Below are positions 1 through 9,293 of a stretch of DNA of 64,000 nt, piece by piece. Position numbers and translations under genes: made by a program. Below the pieces are notes generated by a model, which saw only the letters and a list, made by a program, of their open reading frames with translations, did not search any database and was not told where the DNA came from. Each line of letters starts with the position of its first letter. The first letter of the stretch is position 1. Source of the stretch: a virus; IMG/VR virus record IMGVR_UViG_3300031227_007858; one strand, given 5' to 3'.

Positions 1-2
1 TA

Positions 3-122
3 AATAGAAATTTAGTAGCAATGAGAAATGAGTTAACATATATAATGCAAAGAAGTTATTATTTTAGAGAGCAAGGGACAAATGAGCTTTTCAGTATAGA
101 CAGTAGAAGGGGGGTAAGCTGA
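3..122 (+). CDS. C-terminal fragment of an upstream gene; start lies outside the window
   Basis: Open frame runs from the window edge to a TGA at 120-122 that overlaps the ATG at 122 in a TGATG arrangement suggesting translational coupling. Confidence 0.3.
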   Translation, partial: NRNLVAMRNELTYIMQRSYYFREQGTNELFSIDSRRGVS

Positions 123-955
123 TGGGGCGTGGTACATGGGCGGTAGAAAAAAAGATAAGTGGTACCTGGACAGGAGATGGTAGTTTATACAGGCCAAATG
201 ACTCTTATTCCTTACCTAAATTGTCAACACAAACTAAAGTAGATTTAGCTGAGGGAGATAATGCATATGTAACTCCTTCTACAAAGTATTTAGACCAACC
301 TATGAGCTTTGCATGGTACTATGACGATGGTACTACTAAAACAAAAATAGATACATATATGGATAATCAAAATGATATTAAAATTACAGATGATTTAGGA
401 AATGAATTTGTAGGAAGATTTACTTCTATTACACCTACTAGATTACTTGGGCAATCTACTGAGAAATATGATATAAGAGTTATTTTTACAATAATGCCTA
501 TATTAGCTAGAGCGGTAGAAAATACTAATTTAATATGTAGATTAAATTCTTATTATGCACTTTCTGTTAAGAATCTAGTTTGTAGAGTAAATGTTTATTA
601 TATATCAAGCAGTAAGAATTTAGTTTCAAGAATAACAAGCTTGAAAGAAACTAGTAAGAATTTAGTTAGTAGAATAACAAGTAGAGTTATTACTGAGAAA
701 AATTTAGTATCAAGATTGAATGTTTATTATATTTCTACTCTTACTAATTTAGTTAGTAGAATAACAAGTTTAAAAGAAGTTAATAATAATTTAGTTAGTA
801 GAGTAACAGTTTCTTATGCTTCTACAACTACAAATTTAGTTTCTAGAATAACAGTTTATTATATCTCTACAACTAAAAATCTTGTGTCTAGAATTACAAG
901 TTTAAAAGAAACTAGTGACAATGTAGTAAGTAGAATAATAGTGGTGGCATTATAA
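122..955 (+). CDS. Tail-associated structural protein with a C-terminal array of 14-15-aa tandem repeats
   Basis: N-terminal 130 aa are globular. The C-terminal half holds about 9 alternating repeats (NLVSRITSLKETSK / NLVSRLNVYYISTxT). Stop overlaps the next ATG (TAATG). Confidence 0.55.
   Translation: MGRGTWAVEKKISGTWTGDGSLYRPNDSYSLPKLSTQTKVDLAEGDNAYVTPSTKYLDQPMSFAWYYDDGTTKTKIDTYMDNQNDIKITDDLGNEFVGRFTSITPTRLLGQSTEKYDIRVIFTIMPILARAVENTNLICRLNSYYALSVKNLVCRVNVYYISSSKNLVSRITSLKETSKNLVSRITSRVITEKNLVSRLNVYYISTLTNLVSRITSLKEVNNNLVSRVTVSYASTTTNLVSRITVYYISTTKNLVSRITSLKETSDNVVSRIIVVAL
527..955 (+). repeat. In-frame tandem DNA repeat array (about 42/45-nt units, ~9-10 copies) inside CDS 122..955
   Basis: Recurring aatttagtt(a/t)(g/c)tagaataacaag...-type units seen directly in the sequence. 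Two unit types alternate. Confidence 0.7.
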
Positions 956-3900
956 TGGGAAAAGTATTAACACAAACTATTCAAGATTATATCAGCAATA
1001 GAGATATACAAGTTACTTATATCTTTAAAGTAAATGGTATTGTATATTCTGATTATTTACAACCTGGTTGGACTATTAGCAGTGATATTGGTTTTGGTTC
1101 TATGAGTGCACTTTTTACGTTAAACAATAATTCTGAAATATTTAGTATTGGTGGAACTAGTGAAATTAAAGTTGGTGACTCTGTAGAGTTTATAGAAAAT
1201 TTTGGTAGTGACACTACTAATTGGGGTAGATTTTATGGTATAGTGGACCAAAGAGCTATTGATAAATCTAATAATTCTAGAACAATAACTTTAAATTGTT
1301 TAGATTATATTTCAGTATTAAGATATATGGATATAGATTTAGTTGTTGAAGGTGATAGAGTGGAAGTAGTAGAAGAAACTTTAGACCCAGTATATTTAGA
1401 CGCTCCTAATGACGATATGGCTCAACTTTATAATTTCGCTAATGATGCAATCGCTACCAAGCCTATACCTATTATTAGATTTAAAGATACTAATCATACT
1501 ACTAATGTAGATACTCAATATGACGGTTTTGAAATTTACTATGATACTGGACAGTTAAAATTAGGTACAGCTTTAAATGTGAAATATAATTATAGTGTTT
1601 TAGCTACTTACTCTTATTATATAAAAGGTAAATATGCTGAAGATATAATAGAAGAAATAATTAAAGCAGTAGATGGTTATGACAAATATTTATTTGGAGA
1701 AACATCTGCTGCTGATGTAGTAACTAACCATTTAACAACTACATATCAAGCCCAACAAGGAACAGGAATTCAAGATATATTAACACCTGCAATAAGTGAA
1801 ACAACTTTAACTATAGATACTACTTTAGCATCGGATGTTACTGCAGGAGATGTTAGTATTGTTTTGTCAGATGCTACTGGATTTCCAACAAGTGGCAGTG
1901 GTAGTGTTAATGGTGACCTTTTTACTTGGTCAGGAAAATCTACTAATACTTTAACAGGAGTTCCAGCTAGTGGTGCATATTCTTTATTTGCTCATAGCTC
2001 TGGAGATTATGTAGAGTATGAGAATACATATGCTATAGGTGAAGTATGGTATTTAAAATATTCTAACGTTACTAGTACTTTAATTACATCAGATTTTGAT
2101 TTACCTGGAAGTAGTACAGTAAGTTATCATTGTAAACGAGGAACAAGTGATGGGTCTTATATTATTTTAGATAGTGCTATAGGAATTGGAAATAGAATAA
2201 CTTGTACAACTAATTACACTTTTAAAACGCTTCAAGCATCTGATATAGAAATAAATAAAATGGTTTTTAGAAGTAGAGATGTGGATAATAGATTTGATGC
2301 TATTAATAATATTAGAGATTATTTAGCTCCTAATTATATCATTAGAACTCAAGGAGATAGTTTAATATGGTCATCTTATGTTACACAAAAATCTACTGCT
2401 GATTATGAGCTTAGATTGGTTCAGAGTTTAAATTATCAAGAAGATGAAGATTTATATACTAGAGTTTTAATGTGGGCTAAAAATAAAATACCTACAAATA
2501 TTATGTTTGGAGATGATGTAGATTATACTTCCGATACAGAAGCAGATTATACTGGAGTAGCTACTCAAGATGAGCTATCTTATTTTGGTGAAGAAAAATC
2601 TGGAGTTTTATCTACTTGGGCATCTAACCAATTAACAGAAGCAGAATTATTACATCAAACATCGACTCAAGAGCTTATAAACTATGTTGGAGATAAATAT
2701 ATTGGAACTGAGTATGCTAGTCAAGAGTCTACTGGATATCATGTGTTTGGAACAGTTATAAGTGATACTAGAGGTAAAATTATTTTAGGAGATATTGTGC
2801 CTGTAGTATATGTAAATGGAGTTCCTATTGATAATGGTGTTCATCAACAAACAGCTGTTCCAATAAAAGTAAAAACAACTACTAAAACTATTACAGAAGG
2901 TGGGGGTAAGAGTAAAAGTGTTAGTACTACTAGTTATTATTATTATAGTATTTTATTTCCACATACTTCTATAGTACCTAACCAACCAATTTATTTATAC
3001 GATAATAGTGGATTACTACAGCATACAATTGCAGCTAGTGATCCAAATGTGGATTATGCAACTGGAATTTGGACAATACCTGGTATAGAAAGAAATGATG
3101 TAGCAGAAGTTTTATCTACAGCAACTTATTATGTTTTATATTCTACTGATAAATTGCAGATAGAATATGATGATGTGATATTTAAAATTCATAGAAGTAT
3201 TTTACCAGAGCCAACAAATGTATCTGTTACAGCTACATTTGAGTATTGGGCAATAGCAATAGCTATACAAGATATAGATCATGTTGTAGATGGTAGACGT
3301 GATACACAGTTACAGTTAGAATTTTTTGGAAAACCAGTATCTAATTTTCATTTAGCAACTATAGATTTAGGAGCTACTTATGCTATTCAAGCTATTGATA
3401 TTGTAGGGGGATTTTTTAAACCTGACATTATGAGAAAATTTGATACAGGATTTAGTATGTCTATTGACTCATCTACTGATGGTGTTACTTATACTGCAAT
3501 CAGCGATAAAACTGAGAATGTTCAAGTAAAAGGTGGAGAGTCTTTATCATTAGAAGAAGAAGATTTAGGATGTGAGTTTGAAGCCAGATATTTAAAGTTT
3601 TCATTGCAAGAAGTAGATAAAATAAATTATGGTAGAGGTAGGTATGTAGTTGCTATAACAGAAATTTCTGTTTATAATAATATTATTATAGATTCTGCTG
3701 CTACTTTAATTCCAACAACTACTTTAACTTATAATGCTACTACTGGTGATACTAAAGTATATCTTACTAACACTGCAGTTTTTGCTAGTAGTGGTACAGC
3801 TTATTTTAATAAAGATAGTAATATGTCTTTTACTTATACTGGTAAATCTACAACTACTTTAACAGGATGTACTATTGGAGCTGGAGTATCAGGTACTTCT

Positions 3901-4242
3901 GGTCAGTATGTAACACAAAGTATAGTAGGAGATACTACTTTATATGATAATGAGGGATTGTTAGCTAGTTTGGGAGACCGTGTAACTAAAAAAATAATGA
4001 TTAGTGATAGAAATTTATTTACTCAAAGTGAGTTAGATATAATTACAAAAGCATATTTAAAAGAATATTATAAAAATCATAGTAAAGCTTCAGTGAATGT
4101 ATTGTATACACCATATTTACAAATAGGTCAAACAATTAGTTTGACAGATTCATATAATAATATAACTGATAAAAGTTATTTTATAGAATCTATTGGTGAT
4201 ATGGGTGGTAATTACAGTTTAACTTTAGCATATTATCCCTGA
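955..4242 (+). CDS. Large tail protein (host-specificity / baseplate / central fiber-like), 1095 aa
   Basis: Very long ORF in the tail module, rich in S/T/G/N. Sits directly upstream of tail fiber genes. No enzymatic motif recognised. Confidence 0.55.
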   Translation: MGKVLTQTIQDYISNRDIQVTYIFKVNGIVYSDYLQPGWTISSDIGFGSMSALFTLNNNSEIFSIGGTSEIKVGDSVEFIENFGSDTTNWGRFYGIVDQRAIDKSNNSRTITLNCLDYISVLRYMDIDLVVEGDRVEVVEETLDPVYLDAPNDDMAQLYNFANDAIATKPIPIIRFKDTNHTTNVDTQYDGFEIYYDTGQLKLGTALNVKYNYSVLATYSYYIKGKYAEDIIEEIIKAVDGYDKYLFGETSAADVVTNHLTTTYQAQQGTGIQDILTPAISETTLTIDTTLASDVTAGDVSIVLSDATGFPTSGSGSVNGDLFTWSGKSTNTLTGVPASGAYSLFAHSSGDYVEYENTYAIGEVWYLKYSNVTSTLITSDFDLPGSSTVSYHCKRGTSDGSYIILDSAIGIGNRITCTTNYTFKTLQASDIEINKMVFRSRDVDNRFDAINNIRDYLAPNYIIRTQGDSLIWSSYVTQKSTADYELRLVQSLNYQEDEDLYTRVLMWAKNKIPTNIMFGDDVDYTSDTEADYTGVATQDELSYFGEEKSGVLSTWASNQLTEAELLHQTSTQELINYVGDKYIGTEYASQESTGYHVFGTVISDTRGKIILGDIVPVVYVNGVPIDNGVHQQTAVPIKVKTTTKTITEGGGKSKSVSTTSYYYYSILFPHTSIVPNQPIYLYDNSGLLQHTIAASDPNVDYATGIWTIPGIERNDVAEVLSTATYYVLYSTDKLQIEYDDVIFKIHRSILPEPTNVSVTATFEYWAIAIAIQDIDHVVDGRRDTQLQLEFFGKPVSNFHLATIDLGATYAIQAIDIVGGFFKPDIMRKFDTGFSMSIDSSTDGVTYTAISDKTENVQVKGGESLSLEEEDLGCEFEARYLKFSLQEVDKINYGRGRYVVAITEISVYNNIIIDSAATLIPTTTLTYNATTGDTKVYLTNTAVFASSGTAYFNKDSNMSFTYTGKSTTTLTGCTIGAGVSGTSGQYVTQSIVGDTTLYDNEGLLASLGDRVTKKIMISDRNLFTQSELDIITKAYLKEYYKNHSKASVNVLYTPYLQIGQTISLTDSYNNITDKSYFIESIGDMGGNYSLTLAYYP

Positions 4243-4248
4243 TTTTTT

Positions 4249-5145
4249 ATGAAAAATTTTAAAGATAAAAATAATTCTAATTATAAGCATGGTAAATATT
4301 GTAAAAAATATTATTGTATTGATTGTAGAGATGAAATTAGTTTGTTAGCTGTAAGATGTAAAAAATGTCATAATGTTTACATAGGGATAAATAAAAAAAG
4401 TAAATGTAAAAATTATCGTAGAAATCCTATATGTATAGATTGTGGTAAAAGTTTAAAAAATAAATATGCTCAAAGATGTGTAAGTTGTTCTATGAAACAC
4501 ATTAGAAGGAATAAATTTTGGTCTGTTAATAAAAATAAAAAAATGAGAGAGGAACAAAAAAGAAAAATAAGTAAAACTAGAATTGAGCGAGGCGTTGCTA
4601 AAGGAAGTAAAAATCCTTTTTATAAGAAAGGCAAACCGAAATGTATAGATTGTGGTAAGCAATTAACAAATTACAATGTTAAACGTTGTAATTCTTGTGA
4701 AGTAAAAAGAAGATTTAAAGATTTAAAGTATAAAACAAATTGGTTTAAAAAAGTAGTTAAAAATATAAAGAAAAAACCAAATAAACCAGAAAAACTATTA
4801 AATAAATTATTAAACGATTTACTACCAAAAGAATACAAATATATTGGTAATGGTAATTTTTGGATAGCTCAATTAAATCCAGATTTTATAAATATCAATG
4901 GTCAAAAGAAAATCATAGAGTTTTTTGGTGATTATTGGCATTCTAATCCTAACAAATATATAGCTAATAATATAATGTATAATAAATTAAAAGCTAAGGA
5001 TATATGGAAAAGTGATAGAAAGAGAGTTAATACATTTAGTAAGTATGGTTATAAAACATTAATTATCTGGGAAAGTGAATTGGATGATTTAATTAAAGTA
5101 AGAAGAAAAATCTTAAAATTTAATAAAGTAAGGAGTAGAATATGA
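4249..5145 (+). mobile_element. Freestanding homing endonuclease: N-terminal CxxC zinc-ribbon repeats plus C-terminal Vsr-like (PD-(D/E)xK, DUF559-like) nuclease
   Basis: Three CIDCxxxxxxxxxxRCxxC units. C-terminal motif PDFININGQKKIIEFFGDYWH matches the Vsr pattern (DxxF...IFVDGCFWH). Paralogous to 19030..20106 and 42193..42909. Confidence 0.6.
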
Positions 5146-5666
5146 GACCAATGACAAATGATGTTAGAAAAAAGATAGTACAGTACATTAAAAATCGTAT
5201 TGATATTTCGCCACTAATTAAAGGTGTTGAGATTAAAGGTGAAGATTTTTCTAATGCTATTATTACAGAGTTTAATAGGTCAGGAGAAGATTTAAGCGGT
5301 ATTAATTTATCTCATGCTAAAGTTGGATTAGAGGGCAAAGTAAGTAATTTATCTAATTGTAAAATGCTTAACTCAGAGTGTGTAGGAACGATATTTTTAG
5401 GAGTAGTGTATTTAAGAAGATGTAAATGTGTTGGTTCTAATTTTAATTTTGCAACTTGTACTAATGTTGAATGGCAATACTCTGATATGAGACAATGTAC
5501 GTTTTGTGAGACATTATTAAGATTAGGAGTTAGTTATTTTTATAAAGCAATTGTTGATTTAAATTTATTTCAAGATTGGACTAAATATTTAAATATAAAT
5601 GTAAAATTTAAAAAAGTGGAGTTGAATGAAGCAATTGAACAAAAAATAATGGAGAGTGAGAAATGA
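5142..5666 (+). CDS. Possible pentapeptide-repeat protein
   Basis: Central region shows period-5 spacing of L/F/V (GINLS HAKVG LEGKV SNLSN CKMLN SECVG ...). Confidence 0.35.
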   Translation: MRPMTNDVRKKIVQYIKNRIDISPLIKGVEIKGEDFSNAIITEFNRSGEDLSGINLSHAKVGLEGKVSNLSNCKMLNSECVGTIFLGVVYLRRCKCVGSNFNFATCTNVEWQYSDMRQCTFCETLLRLGVSYFYKAIVDLNLFQDWTKYLNINVKFKKVELNEAIEQKIMESEK

Positions 5667-5801
5667 GTAAGGAAGATTTACAGAAAAGATTGGATGCAAC
5701 AATAAAATTAATAGCACAAACAGAGTCTGCCTACCAGCAAATGTTAGGTAGGAAATTTTGTTTAGAAGAGTTATTAATAGAAACAGAAAAAGGAAAAAAA
5801 G

Positions 5802-6179
5802 ATGAAAAAGAAGCTACAGGGACAGTATCTTAAAGAAATAGGAATTAGTTTTGTGTCATCTAAAAAATTAACTTCTAAAAAAGTACGTATTTTTGTGCAA
5901 GATATAGTTGGTGATTTAGGGTTAGAGATTGTTTCTTCTACTGTTAATGAATTAGCACCTGGATTTGATGTACTTACTACAATTAAAGAGTCATTTGTTT
6001 ATTTTGGTTATTGGGGTGAAACTAAATATTGTAGATTGATAGTATCGTCTTGTAAAGAGTTTTCTACTTTAAAACTAATGGATAGAGTTGATTATTATTT
6101 TCCATACGAAGGTAAAGTTTTATTTAACTCTCATAAAGATATTACAATTAAAGAAGAGGTTAAAAAATGCTTGAAATAA
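5802..6179 (+). CDS. speD: S-adenosylmethionine decarboxylase proenzyme, small bacterial/archaeal class (pyruvoyl enzyme)
   Basis: LAPGFDVLTTIKESFVYFGYWGETKYCRLIVSSC aligns with the SpeD/SpeH core F(A)[22 protein letters not shown](H)GYA..DV(F/Y)TCG, including the ES cleavage site and the downstream (T/S)C. Size is 125 aa. Confidence 0.55.
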   Translation: MKKKLQGQYLKEIGISFVSSKKLTSKKVRIFVQDIVGDLGLEIVSSTVNELAPGFDVLTTIKESFVYFGYWGETKYCRLIVSSCKEFSTLKLMDRVDYYFPYEGKVLFNSHKDITIKEEVKKCLK

Positions 6180-6853
6180 ATCCTATTAAATTAGATATGG
6201 GGCAAGAGTTAATGGAATTAGATTTAATATTTGAAAAAGATACTAAATTTCAGCAGGTGAAATTGTATAACAATAAAAAAGGTCAGTTAGTACTTACATT
6301 AGACTCTTTTATTCAATTTATTGAAGGAGAAGATGAACAAATTTATCACGACATGCTAACTAGACCAGCATTTGAGTTTAATCCTACATCTAGAAGATTT
6401 TTAATACTCGGTGGTGGAGATGGTTTAGTAGCTAGAAATATTTTTAAATTACAACCTAATGCTATTATTAGTTTAATAGATATTGATGATGAAGTAGTAG
6501 AGTTATGTAAAACTAATGAGAGAATTGTTAAAATGAATGAAAACAGTTTGGATAAATGTTTTATTTTAAATGAAGATGCTTTAAAATGGGTTCCTATTTG
6601 TGAAGCTACATATGACATGATTATTTTAGATTTTCCAGATCCAAATAGTGACGAGTTAAAACAGTTATATACAAAGAGTTTTATTCATAATATTATAGAA
6701 CTTCTTAATGATAAAGGAGTAATATCTATTCAAACTCATGATGATATATCTAATACTGTTTATAAGATAGTTAAAGAAGTTACAAATAAATGTGAGGTAG
6801 TAAGTTATAAAATGCCTTTTCTTAGTGGGGGAGTAATAGTAATCGGACAATGA
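6167..6853 (+). CDS. speE: Spermidine synthase / aminopropyltransferase
   Basis: Shows the hallmark ILGGGDGLVARN glycine-rich loop, IYHDML, DIDDEVVELCK, and the acidic DFPDP (DSSDP-like) segment. Four-base overlap with the preceding speD-like gene. Confidence 0.7.
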   Translation: MLEINPIKLDMGQELMELDLIFEKDTKFQQVKLYNNKKGQLVLTLDSFIQFIEGEDEQIYHDMLTRPAFEFNPTSRRFLILGGGDGLVARNIFKLQPNAIISLIDIDDEVVELCKTNERIVKMNENSLDKCFILNEDALKWVPICEATYDMIILDFPDPNSDELKQLYTKSFIHNIIELLNDKGVISIQTHDDISNTVYKIVKEVTNKCEVVSYKMPFLSGGVIVIGQ

Positions 6854-8619
6854 TGACATACAACAATTTATATCGGATGGTTGTAAACACTATCAGGAAT
6901 ATGACTAATTATCCTGATACAGATACTGGAATAAAACAATTAGCTAGAACTCAAGTGTTAGACCCTGTTATGATGACAGCTAGAGGGGCAGATGTAGATG
7001 CTTCTAATGTGTTAGGTTTAGTACATAATATTTTAATATCTACTTTTAATCCTAGAATTTTAAGTGGATTAATAGTAAAAGCTACTGACCCAACATCTTC
7101 TAATGTTACTATATCTGCAGGGCATGGTGCAGTAGGAATTAATATATATAGATTATCTAAAAGCCAAACTGTAAAAATTCCATTTGATAATAGTACATAT
7201 ATATTTTATGTTAACTTATATAGTGATGGTGCTAAAGTAGAGAGAACAACATCACCTGAGCAGTTAACTTTAGCTAAAATTATAGTTCCTAAACCAGGAA
7301 CTACTAGCAGTATTAAAGATGATGAAAGTGAAGATTATGAGTGGGACGCTTATATAATTAATTTAAAAGAAATAAAATTATATGGTAATAATAGAGGTAA
7401 ATTTGAAGAAAATAGTTTACAGTTTTTAAAGAATAATATAGGAGATATATTGGGAGATAATATTATAGGTAATATTACTCTTAATGAAAATTTAAAAGTA
7501 GTTAATGCTGCAAGTAGTTTAGAATTAAATAGTAATTCAATGTTGATAAAAGATTCTGATGAGAATGTAGTTGCTAAGTTTAATAGAGAAGGAACATTTT
7601 TTTATGATACTAATGGAATAGAGCTAGCTAAATTCTCTGTAGATGGTGCTAAAGTTGGTAATATAACAGTAACAAAAAATAGTATTGAATCTGGCAATTT
7701 CGCTAGTGGAACTTTAGGTTCTGGATTTCAAGTACAAGATAATGGAGATGCAGAGTTTAATAATATATTTGCAAGAGGTAAAATTGCTTGTTCTGTATTT
7801 GAGTATAATACTGTTTCCGCTATGGGAGGTAATTTATTAATAAGTCATGATGCAGATAAATTGGCTCAAGATATGACTGATAGTTCTACTGCTTTAATTA
7901 CAGATGGAGATGTTACTTTTGAAGTAAGTGATATTTTATGGTTAAAAGATGGTACTAATTCAGAATATATGACAGTGGGCACAGTTACTAGTGCAACTAC
8001 TTATGTTGTAACTAGAGCAAGTGGTGGCAGTGCTGTAGCTTGGACTACAGGAACTGCTATTGTTAATCTTGGTCAGTCAGCAGATGGTGGTATATATATA
8101 ACAGCTTCTGAGTCTAATGCTCCTTATATGTCAGTATTTACTCAGGCAGGAAGTCCTTGGAGTAGTCTTACTACTAAATTACGAGTAGGTAATCTTAATG
8201 GATTTTTAGGTTATAGCAGTGATAAATATGGTATAGCTATTGGAGAAACAACTAAATATTTAAAGTATGATTCTACTAATGGATTAAGAGTTGCAGGTCA
8301 TACTTTACTTGGTAGTTTAAGTATTTCAACTGGTGGATATATTAATTCAGGACAAAGTGCTTATGACACTGGAACAGGTTTTTGGTTAGAGTATAATAGT
8401 GCAACTCCTAGATTTAGTATTGGTAATGCTTCTGGTAACAAACTTACTTGGAATGGAACAACTCTTACTACCACTGGTGTAATAAATGCGACATCTGGCA
8501 ATTTCAGTGGAACAGTAACTGTTGGTTCTGCAGGTAAAGTTTATATAGATGGAGCAAATGAAGTAGTTAAAATTTATGACGCTTCAAGTAATTTAATGGT
8601 TGAACTAGGTAAACTATAA
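6850..8619 (+). CDS. Tail fiber protein (S/T/G-rich), 589 aa
   Basis: Composition and position in the tail module. Long G/S/T/N-rich segments typical of fibers. ATG overlaps the upstream stop. Confidence 0.55.
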   Translation: MMTYNNLYRMVVNTIRNMTNYPDTDTGIKQLARTQVLDPVMMTARGADVDASNVLGLVHNILISTFNPRILSGLIVKATDPTSSNVTISAGHGAVGINIYRLSKSQTVKIPFDNSTYIFYVNLYSDGAKVERTTSPEQLTLAKIIVPKPGTTSSIKDDESEDYEWDAYIINLKEIKLYGNNRGKFEENSLQFLKNNIGDILGDNIIGNITLNENLKVVNAASSLELNSNSMLIKDSDENVVAKFNREGTFFYDTNGIELAKFSVDGAKVGNITVTKNSIESGNFASGTLGSGFQVQDNGDAEFNNIFARGKIACSVFEYNTVSAMGGNLLISHDADKLAQDMTDSSTALITDGDVTFEVSDILWLKDGTNSEYMTVGTVTSATTYVVTRASGGSAVAWTTGTAIVNLGQSADGGIYITASESNAPYMSVFTQAGSPWSSLTTKLRVGNLNGFLGYSSDKYGIAIGETTKYLKYDSTNGLRVAGHTLLGSLSISTGGYINSGQSAYDTGTGFWLEYNSATPRFSIGNASGNKLTWNGTTLTTTGVINATSGNFSGTVTVGSAGKVYIDGANEVVKIYDASSNLMVELGKL

Positions 8620-9290
8620 TGGCTGTAGATTCAAAGAATTTAGTTTCTAGAATAGATATTAGATATGGAGATTTTACTAATTTAGTTTGTAGAGTAAATA
8701 AAGTCTCTAGATATGGATTAAAAGTGTATAGTTCAAAAGATTCAACTAAATTTACATTGATAACTCCAAAAGTAGCTACTGTTGTTAGCTCTGGTAGAGT
8801 AACAATGTCAGATAGTTTAATTAGTGGTTCTCCAGATACTTATGGCACAGTTATTGACTTACCAGGAACAAGTGCTATAGATAAAGATAATATTGGAGTG
8901 TTAGTATTTCCTGTAAACTTTACATATAAAATCACTAGCATTCAATATGATATAACTGGGGATGGCACTTATTTGCAGAATATAGGATATATGGATGATG
9001 CTCAAACTTATTATGAACATACTAAAGCTACAGGTGCTATGACTACTTGGGTAGCTGGAGACTTGTCAACTGGCGATACTAACGAATTTGACCATATAGC
9101 TGGAATGTTTCCAGTGGCTTTTTGGGATATTAAAGGACAATCTACATTTACAGAAGTATTGTTATTTGCAGCTACTTGTTATCTAATATATGATACTTCC
9201 GCCACAACTTATAGAAAAGTTTATACTATAGGTTCAGATGGAGTTTCTAAAATAGATTATGTAATTACATTAAAAAATTATGACTATTAA
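8619..9290 (+). CDS. Tail fiber / receptor-binding protein, paralog A
   Basis: Shares the TYG(T/V)xIDLPG...IGV(L/M)V core and the (S/T)xIDYVIxLKNYD C-terminus with the next two genes. N-terminus reuses the NLVSRI/NLVCRVN repeat motif of gene 122..955. Confidence 0.5.
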   Translation: MAVDSKNLVSRIDIRYGDFTNLVCRVNKVSRYGLKVYSSKDSTKFTLITPKVATVVSSGRVTMSDSLISGSPDTYGTVIDLPGTSAIDKDNIGVLVFPVNFTYKITSIQYDITGDGTYLQNIGYMDDAQTYYEHTKATGAMTTWVAGDLSTGDTNEFDHIAGMFPVAFWDIKGQSTFTEVLLFAATCYLIYDTSATTYRKVYTIGSDGVSKIDYVITLKNYDY

Positions 9291-9293
9291 ACA

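Noticed and set aside
4453-4662. Antisense ORFs nested inside larger genes (4453..4662, 6346..6618, 6665..6859, 10297..10554, 11692..11955, 14944..15126, 16624..16968, 17481..17732, 18092..18451, 18613..18819, 19288..19627, 21760..22155, 22853..23110, 27401..27613, 29026..29241)
   Set aside because: Low-complexity, F/L/I/S-rich translations typical of the reverse strand of AT-rich coding DNA. They lie opposite to the local gene orientation and have no RBS.
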